A stretch of 57,861 nt of DNA from positions 1-57,861 of the forward strand of contig JBAZKK010000005.1 in NCBI GenBank assembly GCA_041650795.1, in the 5' to 3' direction. This DNA comes from Candidatus Omnitrophota bacterium. Its GTDB lineage: Bacteria; Omnitrophota; Gorgyraeia; Gygaellales; Profunditerraquicolaceae. Positions 1-9,000 of this stretch are shown here, piece after piece. Both the position numbers and the translations under genes were made by a program. Positions within the stretch are counted from its first letter, which is position 1. Each line of letters starts with the position of its first letter. The notes below the pieces were generated by a model that saw only the letters and a program-made list of their open reading frames with translations, searched no databases and was not told the DNA's origin.

Positions 1-568
1 GACCAGGCAGCGCCGTCGGTAAAACTATGTTCCAGATCGTGCCCCACCTTGTCGCACCTAGTGAAAACGAAGCCTCTCTTACCGACTGGGGGACAGCCAG
101 GAGCGCTTCCTGCGTAGCAGAGATAATCAAAGGCAAAACCAAGATCCCCAGGGTAAGGCTCCCCGAGAGGATCGAAACCCCGAATCCGAAGAATTTCACA
201 AAAACCGCCAGGCCGAAAAGCCCGAACACTACCGAAGGCACGCCTGCTAAATTATTGATGCTTATCCGGATAATATTAACCGCCACCCCTTTAGGGGAAT
301 ACTCGCACAGGTATATTGCACAGGCAAGCCCCAGAGGCAGGGCAAAAATAATTGCCCCCAGTGTCAGGTAAAACGTACCTACTATCGCAGGGGCTATCCC
401 GCCTTCAGTCATCCCCATGCGCGGCCCTTCGGTAATGAATTCCCAAGATATGACCTTTACCCCCCTGGCCGCGATGAAATAAATAATCGAACCTAAAAAG
501 AAAAGGGTAGCCAAGGTGCAAACTGTTAATGTCAAAAATCCCAGATTCTGGATAAGGTTCTTTTTCAT
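1..568 (-). CDS. pstA: Phosphate ABC transporter permease PstA (3' end runs off the left edge)
   Basis: Not in the ORF track because it is truncated. Manual translation from ATG at 568 gives MKKNLIQNLGFLTLTVCTLATLFFLGS...NNLAGVPSVVFGLFG...EALLAVPQSVREASFSLGATRW, a typical PstA EAA loop. It overlaps the pstC stop (ATGA). Confidence 0.93.
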   Translation of the reverse strand, partial: MKKNLIQNLGFLTLTVCTLATLFFLGSIIYFIAARGVKVISWEFITEGPRMGMTEGGIAPAIVGTFYLTLGAIIFALPLGLACAIYLCEYSPKGVAVNIIRISINNLAGVPSVVFGLFGLAVFVKFFGFGVSILSGSLTLGILVLPLIISATQEALLAVPQSVREASFSLGATRWGTIWNIVLPTALPG

Positions 569-1455
569 CCGCTCAACCCCAATTTTATCCTAAACCTCCT
601 GCTGATCGCTTCGGCAATGATATTAAAAACAAAGGTTACCAAAAACAGTATCAGCGCGATTGCAAAGAGCGCGTGGTAATGGTCTCCTCCTACCGGGGCT
701 TCCCCCATTTCCGCCGCAATCGCGGCGGTCATCGGACGTATTGGCTCCAGGTACGAATGCGGTATCACGGCAGCCCCTCCGGCGACCATCAGAACCGTCA
801 TGGTCTCCCCGATAGCACGGCTCATCCCCAAGATTATGGCCGTAGATATTCCTGAACCGGCTGCGGGTATAGTCACCTGGGTCAGGGTCTGCCACCTGTT
901 GGCGCCAACCGCAAATGACGCCTCGCGGAATGTTTTTGGCACGTAATTCAAAGCGTCGTCGGCAATGCTACAGACCGTCGGCGTAGCCATTACTCCCAAA
1001 ACCAGGCTGGCGTTCAAAGCGCAAAGCCCGGTAGGCAAATTAAACAACCTCTGCAGAAAAGGCGTCAGGACGACCATCCCGAAAAACCCATATACTACCG
1101 AGGGAATACTGGCCAGTATTTCAATCAACGGCTTGAGGACCGCCCTCTGCCGGTAGCCAGCCAATTCATGGAGGTATAAGGCGCTGCCTACTCCTAAAGG
1201 CACGCAGACAAATATAGCCCCTACCGTCACCCAGGCCGATGCCAGGATCAAAGGCAGGATGCCGAATTCCGGGGGATTATACGTAGGATACCAGGCCCTG
1301 CCAAAAATAAAATCCTGCGGTTTGACCTTGGCGAATATCGGCAGCCCCTCCTTAAAAAGCACCAGCACAATCCCTACTAAAAATGCCAATGAGGAGAATG
1401 CCAATATCGTAAAAACCCACTTGTATGCCTCTTCTTTTAGCTCTAGCCTGCTCAT
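565..1455 (-). CDS. pstC: Phosphate ABC transporter permease PstC
   Basis: Motifs FIFGRAWYP, FGILPLI, EILASIPSVVYGFFG, REASFAVGANRWQT, SRAIGETM; lies between pstS and pstA. Confidence 0.96.
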   Translation of the reverse strand: MSRLELKEEAYKWVFTILAFSSLAFLVGIVLVLFKEGLPIFAKVKPQDFIFGRAWYPTYNPPEFGILPLILASAWVTVGAIFVCVPLGVGSALYLHELAGYRQRAVLKPLIEILASIPSVVYGFFGMVVLTPFLQRLFNLPTGLCALNASLVLGVMATPTVCSIADDALNYVPKTFREASFAVGANRWQTLTQVTIPAAGSGISTAIILGMSRAIGETMTVLMVAGGAAVIPHSYLEPIRPMTAAIAAEMGEAPVGGDHYHALFAIALILFLVTFVFNIIAEAISRRFRIKLGLSG

Positions 1456-1467
1456 TCTTTAAAAAGT

Positions 1468-1503
1468 AACACTGCAGGGCGAAGTGATTTGCCCTGCAGT
1501 GTT
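1468..1503 (-). terminator. Stem-loop between pstS and pstC (terminator/attenuator or mRNA stabiliser)
   Basis: Perfect 13-bp inverted repeat aacactgcagggc (1468-1480) / gccctgcagtgtt (1491-1503), followed on the minus strand by ACUUUUU just before the pstC ATG. Confidence 0.7.
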
Positions 1504-1531
1504 GTGGAGGTTTGAGTAAACGCTTGATTTT

Positions 1532-2344
1532 TTACTTCAACCCCACAAAACCCTCTTCCTCTACAATCCTCTGGCCGTCAGCGCTCAGGATAAAATCAAT
1601 GAACTCTTTCGCTAAGCCTCGAGGCTCTTTATTGGTATACATAAACAACGGCCTGCCAACAGGATATTTGCCGGAAAGCACGCTCTCCTTGGAAGGTTTG
1701 ATGCCGTTGACATCCAAGGCTTTGACCGAAGATGAAACATATCCTAACCCCACATAGCCAATGGCACCGGGAGTGCTGGAAACGGTCGTAACAACTGCCT
1801 GGTTAGATGCCTGTAACAACGCATCGGACCTGACCTTTTCCTTATCTAAGACCAGTTCCCCGAACGCTTCGAATGTACCGCTGGAGCTGTCGCGGGAGAT
1901 AACCACGATCTTGGCGTTGCCTCCGCCTAACTGGCTCCAATTCGAGACCTTACCGGTATAGATATCCTTGATTTGTTTTTTGCTCAAGGCATTAATACCG
2001 TTAGAAGGGTTCACGATAACGCAGATGCCGTCCATCGCGATAACATTAGCTTTGGGCATCCTGCCGTTGGCTATGGCGTTATCTAACTCGCTCTCCTTGA
2101 TAGGACGCGAGGCATCGGCAATATCGCAGGTACCGTCAATAATGGAAGCGATGCCTACCCCTGAGCCCCCGCCCCGAACCGAAATCTGGGAACCGGGGTT
2201 GTTGTTCATAAATACCTCCGCCGCTTTTTGCGCGATGGGTAATACTGTGGTTGAGCCTGCCACCACGATATTTTCCGCGTAGCATGGCAAAACCAATCCC
2301 AGAACCAATAACCCCAGGATTGCTAACTTACCAAAAACTTTCAT
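1532..2344 (-). CDS. pstS: Phosphate-binding periplasmic protein PstS
   Basis: Motifs AGSTTV, GGGSGVGI, ASRPIK, SRDSSSGTFEAF, YPVGRPLFMY. Start moved to ATG 2344 (MKVFGK..., signal peptide), which follows a GGAGGAGGA RBS. Confidence 0.96.
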   Translation of the reverse strand: MKVFGKLAILGLLVLGLVLPCYAENIVVAGSTTVLPIAQKAAEVFMNNNPGSQISVRGGGSGVGIASIIDGTCDIADASRPIKESELDNAIANGRMPKANVIAMDGICVIVNPSNGINALSKKQIKDIYTGKVSNWSQLGGGNAKIVVISRDSSSGTFEAFGELVLDKEKVRSDALLQASNQAVVTTVSSTPGAIGYVGLGYVSSSVKALDVNGIKPSKESVLSGKYPVGRPLFMYTNKEPRGLAKEFIDFILSADGQRIVEEEGFVGLK

Positions 2345-2420
2345 CTCTCTTCCTCCTCCTTGCATATACACGCCGCACCAGCGCAATTAGCACTTAGCGC
2401 CGGGTGTGTCTTTCTTTTGC

Positions 2421-3701
2421 TTAGAATTTCAAATTCCAATCAACCTGAACTAGGGTTTCCGGAGCCCTCCTCCCGATCAAGCTCCAGGAACGGTAAACAT
2501 CAAGACCCAGGAAGGTATTCTTGCCTAAGCCGTAGTTTAATGCGACCTCATGGCTTCTCATACCCGTCTTTCCGCTGTAACGGTCGGAATCGGGGGTAAC
2601 ATCAAGCACTGCGTCTTTCTCAAGCATCGCGTAGATGTACTTGAGTTGCCAATCCCCGAATTTGGAGATCTTATCGTTACCTAACTGGAAGCCTAATGAA
2701 AAACCTGTATTATTGTCGGAGGTAGCGAGGTTCTCGACGTATTCGCCGAAGAGCTTCATATTCTCGATATCCAACCCCACAGCTTTGAAAGGCTCCTTGA
2801 TGCTAAACTCTAATGCTGGGCTGATAGTGCGGTAATCATACGCCCAGTTGGAGCCATTCTTGGTGTTACTGCTTTTATACCAATCTGCAGTAGGATAAGC
2901 CCTGCCCTTGGTATTGCCGCCGATATTGGCTGTAAAAGCACCCTTCAAGGACATGGAATCATTAAGCTTATAGGTAGCTCCGGGTTGGATGATATACATC
3001 ATCACCGGGTCGTTATCCGAACTGGTATCAGCGGTTTGGACCAATACGCCGGTATTCATAAAAAGGCCGGCATTATCGCCCAGCCCCTTGTTAAACTGGA
3101 GCACGCCTCCTTCAGGCGTGATATCCGTATCCCAGATCAGGTCCGTCGGTTCCCATAGCACATCATTCAAAAGCATCTTGCCGCCGACAATGGTCAACCA
3201 GGGCAAGGCGCTGTATTTGGCGTAGGCATTATCAAGCCGGATCTCCATCTTGGTGGAATAACCATCGCCGCTCCCGCCAAAGGTCATATTCGTGGAGCGC
3301 GGGTCACCGCTGGAGTTAGTGGCAATACCGACACCGACCATAATCTTCTCATTTACCTTTGTTTCTAATCCAAGGCGCATGCGCAACCGTCCGATCTGCG
3401 TATCCTTGGAATAATCGTTTGCTGCCTTCTCGTGCTTATACTGGTACCTTAAACGCAAATCGCCCTTAAGCTTGATATTCTGTACCCAGGCCGGTAAAGA
3501 AGAAAACTTGCCTGCTGCGATTTCCGCCTTCACCTGCTCCTTTGTCTCGGTGCCGATCTGCTGCGCTTCCCCTGCAGTCAAAACCTTCTTTTCAACCAGC
3601 TTTTGAAGCAAAAGGTCGATCTCCCCGGCATAGGAAGAACCTAAACCCAAACCAAAGGTCATAAAACCTGCTAAAGCCGTCATTGCCAAAAACTTTCTCA
3701 T
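2421..3701 (-). CDS. Outer-membrane beta-barrel 'putative porin', probably phosphate-related
   Basis: Signal peptide, N-terminal helical segment (EIDLLLQKLVEKKVLT), LKGDLRLRYQ first strand, alternating aromatic beta-strands, C-terminal ...DWNLKF beta-signal. Sits directly upstream of pstS with a strong RBS. Confidence 0.78.
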   Translation of the reverse strand: MRKFLAMTALAGFMTFGLGLGSSYAGEIDLLLQKLVEKKVLTAGEAQQIGTETKEQVKAEIAAGKFSSLPAWVQNIKLKGDLRLRYQYKHEKAANDYSKDTQIGRLRMRLGLETKVNEKIMVGVGIATNSSGDPRSTNMTFGGSGDGYSTKMEIRLDNAYAKYSALPWLTIVGGKMLLNDVLWEPTDLIWDTDITPEGGVLQFNKGLGDNAGLFMNTGVLVQTADTSSDNDPVMMYIIQPGATYKLNDSMSLKGAFTANIGGNTKGRAYPTADWYKSSNTKNGSNWAYDYRTISPALEFSIKEPFKAVGLDIENMKLFGEYVENLATSDNNTGFSLGFQLGNDKISKFGDWQLKYIYAMLEKDAVLDVTPDSDRYSGKTGMRSHEVALNYGLGKNTFLGLDVYRSWSLIGRRAPETLVQVDWNLKF

Positions 3702-3721
3702 TTCCTTCTCCTCCTTCTGTT

Positions 3722-3916
3722 TCAGTTATTTGCGTACAACTTCCTGATCTTCCGCAGACTATTCTCTATTTCCTTAAGGGATTCGTGCGCGTAATTACAG
3801 TTGCAGGCGCGCTCCTCCTCCATATTGCTCAATACGCCGCGCAGGCGATTGAGCTGCAAACGTAGATGACTAGTTATAAACTCCTTTCGCATCGAAGACA
3901 TATCGCGTACTTCCAT
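3722..3916 (-). CDS. Small helical hypothetical protein (64 aa), weakly CsoR/RcnR-like
   Basis: TAATG overlap with the upstream regulator and it fills the gap to the porin RBS. The segment RLRGVLSNMEEERAC has the spacing of CsoR-family RG-x5-EE-x-R-x-C. Confidence 0.6.
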   Translation of the reverse strand: MEVRDMSSMRKEFITSHLRLQLNRLRGVLSNMEEERACNCNYAHESLKEIENSLRKIRKLYANN

Positions 3917-4365
3917 TATGCCTGTCTCCTCTGCATCCTTTCCATCACGGGATCAGACTTCACCACAAAATCCTTATGCCTTACCTGAGCCAATTCTTTT
4001 ACAACCCGCATCAGTTCCCCTACGCAAAATGGCTTAGTAATATACTGGTCTGCCCCTAAAAGGTTACCGTAGAGTTTATCCTGTGTTTCGCCCTTGGCCG
4101 TCAAGATAACCACAAAGGTACCGGATGCTTTAGGGTCGTCCTTAATGGCCTTGCAGATACTGAAACCGTCCGGTCCTGGGAGCATAACATCAAGGATAAT
4201 AATATCGAAGTGTCCTTTTTTAAGCTTTTCCTGCGCTTCGTAGCCGTCATAAACGCACTCGGGATAAAAACCGCTCTTAGAAAGGTTGTAGGAAATAAGC
4301 CGGTTAACATCCCTATCATCATCAACCACCATTATTCTTTTTTCTTTTGTAGTCACAGCTTCCAC
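3916..4365 (-). CDS. Stand-alone response-regulator receiver domain (PhoB/OmpR-type receiver, no DNA-binding domain)
   Basis: IMVVDDD, IIILDVMLPGPDG (phospho-Asp), LTAK, YITKPF; only a short C-terminal tail. GTG start with a poor RBS. Confidence 0.88.
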   Translation of the reverse strand: MEAVTTKEKRIMVVDDDRDVNRLISYNLSKSGFYPECVYDGYEAQEKLKKGHFDIIILDVMLPGPDGFSICKAIKDDPKASGTFVVILTAKGETQDKLYGNLLGADQYITKPFCVGELMRVVKELAQVRHKDFVVKSDPVMERMQRRQA

Positions 4366-4520
4366 AGATTCAAACCTGGCCTAGGCGAACTGCCGGTAAA
4401 AATGATTCATAGACTGTATTTCCTCGCCGATAACATCCTCTATGAATCTCGTTATCCGAATTACAATTTTTTTTATAGCATTCCGTGCCCTGTTCAAACC
4501 TTTCTCCTTCTCTCACTTTT

Positions 4521-4574
4521 AGTTTATAAGATCGCTGTTACGAAATCCTTAAAGGACTGTGAACTTTCTGCAAA
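4521..4574 (-). promoter_or_regulatory. Putative Pho-box promoter P2 (upstream of receiver-smallORF-porin-pstSCA)
   Basis: Minus strand TTTGCA gaaag TTCACA gtcct TTAAGG atttc GTAACA gcgatctta TAAACT: four hexamers at 11-bp period, a 9-nt gap, then a -10 element. Confidence 0.75.
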
Positions 4575-4579
4575 CATTC

Positions 4580-5356
4580 TCATATGTCCAGTTTATAGCC
4601 TTCCCCCTTGACCGTAACAATAAGACAGGAGTCATGCTGGTTATCCTCCAATTTCTCCCGAAGATGGCTGATATGGACATCAATATTGCCGTATTCCACT
4701 ACCTTGTCTTCCTCCCAAACCGCATCCAGGATCTCGCTGTGGCTCAATACCCTGCCGGGATTATCAATAAAAAGCTTTAAAATCCCCCTTTCTTTCCGGG
4801 TAAGAAAGACCTCCCGGCCGTTGCGCCTGACAATAAAATCCTCGAGGTCAATCTCCAGCCGGCCGATCCTGGCAATCCTGGGTTTATGATAGCGGCCTTC
4901 AGACCTGGCAAGGACCCTTTTAATCCGCACAATCAATTCCCTCGGGCTAAAAGGCTTGGCGACATAATCATCGGTGCCGAGATCAAAGCCTTTAAGCTTG
5001 TGGTCAATCTTTGAAAGGGCGCTTAACATAATGATGGGGATGTCCCTTGTTAAAGGGTCTTTCTTGAGCTTGCGGCAGACATCCCAACCGTCAATATGCG
5101 GGAGCATGATATCCAAGATAACTAGGTCCGGCTTCTTAGCCCTGCAAGTCTCAATTGCCTCAAGGCCGTCTGCGGCAGAAAGCGCCTCATATCCGGAAAT
5201 AGTAATATGGAATGACAAAAGCCGCACCAGCTCTTTTTCATCGTCAACGATTAAAATCTTCTTTTTTGATATTGACGCGGCTTCCGGTAAAGTTTGCGTA
5301 CTTTCCAGATGAGTATTTATGATTGTCTCCTTTTTTCTTCTAAAACGCTTCTCCAT
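4580..5356 (-). CDS. OmpR/PhoB-family response regulator (second PhoB-like paralog)
   Basis: Receiver (ILIVDDE, LVILDIMLP, LSA, YVAKPFS) plus winged helix (VLSHSEILDAVW, NIDVHISHLREKL, TVKGEGY). Start codon uncertain; about 30-aa N-terminal extension. Confidence 0.92.
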   Translation of the reverse strand: MEKRFRRKKETIINTHLESTQTLPEAASISKKKILIVDDEKELVRLLSFHITISGYEALSAADGLEAIETCRAKKPDLVILDIMLPHIDGWDVCRKLKKDPLTRDIPIIMLSALSKIDHKLKGFDLGTDDYVAKPFSPRELIVRIKRVLARSEGRYHKPRIARIGRLEIDLEDFIVRRNGREVFLTRKERGILKLFIDNPGRVLSHSEILDAVWEEDKVVEYGNIDVHISHLREKLEDNQHDSCLIVTVKGEGYKLDI

Positions 5357-5370
5357 TGTTCTGTAGTAAA

Positions 5371-5424
5371 ATTATAACCGGCCATGGTTACAAAAACATT
5401 GAGATGATGTAAAATCTTTGTGAA
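5371..5424 (-). promoter_or_regulatory. Putative Pho-box promoter P1 (upstream of the PhoB-like paralog)
   Basis: Minus strand TTCACA aagat TTTACA tcatc TCAATG ttttt GTAACC atggccggt TATAAT: same geometry as P2-P4. Confidence 0.75.
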
Positions 5425-5429
5425 CTCTC

Positions 5430-6086
5430 TCAATGCCTCTTCTCTATCGCCATAAATGACCCTCCCAGCGGCAAAGAAGAAAGTTTCCCTTGGAGCAAAG
5501 CGATGACACCCTCTATCTCCTTCTTATCTGCTGTATCCGGCTTCAGGCGAAGATAATTGCGGTAATGCCTGATGGCTCCGGCGACATCATTTTTATACGA
5601 CTCCAGCAGTACCGCCAGATTATACTCTACGCCCGGGTCCTCGGAACCAAACTCCAACGCATCCTGATAGCCCCTTATCGCTTCCTCAAAAAAATTCCCC
5701 TGCAGGTAAGCATCCCCGAGTTTGGCGCTATATTCGGCGCGGGTCTTACGCACTAACCCTTCCAGATACCCCAGTTCTTTTTTGAGTCTTCGGTTTTCCT
5801 CAATTATAGAAAAGGATGACTTGCCGGAGTGGTTGCCGGAAGAGCTATCCGTATCTTTAATATCAGAGATGCATTTCATTTCATAAAAATTCGGGGTGCC
5901 GCGATAATCTATCCCGATATGCTCGCCTGTCTTCTCAACGACATCAGTTCTGACCTGCTTACCAGACTTGCAAAAAGCTGCCTCGGCTGAAGATCTCTGC
6001 GCTAAATACGCTGTTACATATAAAACCGCAACCGCAATTAATTTAATCTCTCGGCTCTTGGTCTTGGGAGGGAATCCCGGCTTCAC
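5430..6086 (-). CDS. Membrane-anchored coiled-coil + TPR protein
   Basis: N-terminal hydrophobic segment (LIAVAVLYVTAYLA), coiled coil (IIEENRRLKKEL), two to three TPRs (KLGDAYLQGNFFEEAIRGYQDAL; VEYNLAVLLE...AIRHYRNYLRLKP). Start overlaps the stop of the upstream 1,507-aa gene by 4 nt. Confidence 0.8.
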   Translation of the reverse strand: MKPGFPPKTKSREIKLIAVAVLYVTAYLAQRSSAEAAFCKSGKQVRTDVVEKTGEHIGIDYRGTPNFYEMKCISDIKDTDSSSGNHSGKSSFSIIEENRRLKKELGYLEGLVRKTRAEYSAKLGDAYLQGNFFEEAIRGYQDALEFGSEDPGVEYNLAVLLESYKNDVAGAIRHYRNYLRLKPDTADKKEIEGVIALLQGKLSSLPLGGSFMAIEKRH

Positions 6087-9000
6087 GACCGTCCGCCGGC
6101 ATCCGGAGATGCTTCTAACAATACAAGTATCTCCCTTAGCTCCGGCTTGGTTACAATTACCATCCTTTCCTCTATCCTCAGGATTTCTGCTACGCCGCTG
6201 CGGACCTTGGCTAATAACTCTCCTCTAAAACGGCTCATCCTGGCAAGCTCGTAACATTCTTTTACCTTTGAGGTTTGCGGCAGGTCTCCTTTCTTGATGA
6301 CCTCCTGCACCTGACTCCAAAGCACCTTAAAATCATTGTCATAGTCCTGGCGCAACGGTGACAAAGGCACTTCTCCTGATACGCCATTGCCGTCGTCCTT
6401 CAGGATGGTTATCGGGAGCGTCCGCAAATCAATCCCCCCCGGTAAAACCGCTCCCCCCTGAAGAGGCGCCCTGCCATCGTGCTGCAAAAAAGGAGGCATC
6501 GTTTCTTTCCCCGATGAAACAGGACCTGCTGTTTCTGCTCCGGGGGCCTTCTGGCCTACCTCTGCCAAAACGGCCCCTATCTTTGACAAACGGTAGAAAT
6601 TCTTATAGCGGTGGCTGGTGGGGTCGTATTTTTTATCCTTAATAAGAAAGCCTTCTCCTGTTACCATCTCCAGATCACGGTAGACCGTAGAATAAGAAGG
6701 CTGGATTTCGTATTCATCAACGGCAGAATATAATTGCTCTAAGGTATCCCGTATTGTAAATTCGGCATGGTTTTGTCCACTAAAAAAATCCCGAAGCATA
6801 AAGCGTCTCTTTGGGGCGTCAAATGTCGTCCTGGGTTTGCGTGTTAAAGAATGCTGATGCCGCAAGACAGCAACTCCGACCAGCTTGCCTTCTTCTCGAA
6901 AAACGCTGGGTTCGGTATATAAGCTTCCCAACCCATTCTTCAATAATTGACGGGCATAGCTGGTACCATCTAGCCTTACATACAGCGATCCGGGTTGATA
7001 AGGTATTAAGGTATTCATCTTAAGATTCTCGAGATTGCTATCCTTGGCCTTGCTGGAAAAATGTGGCCAGTATATATCAAACAACCCGTCAAAAAAATCC
7101 CATTCTTCTTTTGATCCCAGCTTCTGCGTCTCCAGGAAACGGTGTATATCCTTGCCCTCTCCGTTGGCAAGCATAATCAACGGCACTAAAAGATGCGTGG
7201 TAAGGCTGACCTGGAAACCGGAGTCGGCATGCTCTGCCAGGTATCCCTTAAGACGCGAAAGAAGCGACATGAAGCTTTGATAACGCCCGCTGTCATCAAT
7301 GCTTATTGCCATCCCTCCCCCAAAAACGGACATCTGTCTTCTCTCCTGGTTGCGCCAATCAAACAAAAACGACGAAAGGTAACGGGGGGCAAACTTATCC
7401 TTGACCTTCTGAGCCCCAACATGCTGGAATAGCTTCACGAGATGGTTAGCGGCCCCCTTCTTCTTGCGCCCGTTGCTATTGCCGTTAGTAACGAGTAAAC
7501 CCAAGTCCTGTTTCTCCATCTGTTCGCTGCCGACCCAACTGCCGAACAACTCTATATCGCCCAATATCCTGCTTTCCAGTAAAGCTTTCTTATCGGCAAT
7601 AGAACATTTGTGCGCGAACTCCGCTGCAATGCCGTTCCTGTTCTTATCCTGCAAGGCCTGGGTAACCTGGTAACCGCTGATAAGCGCCAATTCCAAGGGG
7701 GTGAGGGAACGCCCCAAGCCGGGGACCTCCGGCAGAGGCAATGGGTTAAGCGCGGTATCAACATCCCGCCCCCTCCCCAATAATACGATAGCCCTCCTGA
7801 ACCTCTGCGCCTCCAGCATCCCTTCAATGAACGATGATGCGCTTCCCTTAGTATCAGCCCTGATGCAGACGATGGAGACATCATCGCGCAATAAAGTTCC
7901 TTTGATACTATCCAGGAACCTGCGCATCTTCTCCTTTTGGTCGCTAACCACGATCACCGCCTCTGCGCTGGCAGCTTCTAAACGGAGCTCTTTGGAAAGC
8001 GACTCCAACGAATTCAGGTAAGCGTCATTCAAGGCCTTGTCCTTTAAGCCACCGGATAAGGAAGGCGCAATAGCGTTTAATTCCTTTTTTAATTTCGATA
8101 TCCTGAAAATGTTTCTATTGTGGGGGGTATCCTTCTTGCCGGTTACCTGCAGGGCATACCAAGAAAAAACCAACGGCACCAGCCCTGATAAAGACTTCGT
8201 CAACCCTAAAACCGCCTGCCCCCGCGCTGCCTGGTCAGCGGCAGCCAGGACAGAGGCAATGCCGTTAATTATAGTCCCCGGCAATGAGATTAAAAGCACT
8301 ACCGCAATAAAAGGGCTGAGCATCTCGCGGAACCAGATCCAGCCCTTCCTTGCCCCCAGCCTTACCTTCTTTCCGTGATAACAATCCTCAACCCAATTAT
8401 CCCAATCTTCAATAACGCGGTCTGCTATGCCGCTGTCTTCGCTATAGAGATTATCAATCCGGTTGCCCAGGGGGATAATCTTTCCCGTCAGCTGCTCACG
8501 CAACCTCCGGGTGGAATCTTTGAAATTACGGTTGAAACCGAATACCGCCCCTACAATAGCGGCCAGCATCCTGCCAGCCAGTGTCCTGCGGTCAAAACGG
8601 TCCCCTGAGGACATCGGTATATTCTCCACGGCGTGGAGCGTATGCTGGCATTCGTCAAGATATTCAATCATCAAAAGGAAGTCCTCCGCGTAGATTTTCA
8701 GCTGGCGCCGATTGGAACTATCAGCGGCAACGCGGATTTCAGCCATAAGGCTCTCAAGCGCCGTATATAGCTGTGAAATGGCCTCCCCGTATATCTCATA
8801 ATATTTCGTGCGGTGTTCGGTAACAAACCCGGCCTCAAAAGGCAGCATCGCCGTCAATTTTCTCGCCTTATCAAGACAAACAAGATAACCCGCGCTGCTC
8901 TCTGGGGCCTCCGCGACAGCGGATTTTAGCTCTTGCAATACCGCACTTACCGAATATTCCCAATTGTTTCTACTCTCTTGATTGTTGGTTCTTTGTGGAT

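Noticed and set aside
2364-2410. Imperfect hairpin between porin and pstS
   Set aside because: About 9-10 bp with a G-U pair and a bulge, no U-tract; could be a processing site but support is too weak.
5312-5330. AAGGAG followed 6 nt later by an in-frame ATA in the PhoB-like paralog (possible non-canonical start)
   Set aside because: An ATG at 5356 just below the predicted start site explains the gene as a near-leaderless mRNA; the two cannot be distinguished from sequence.
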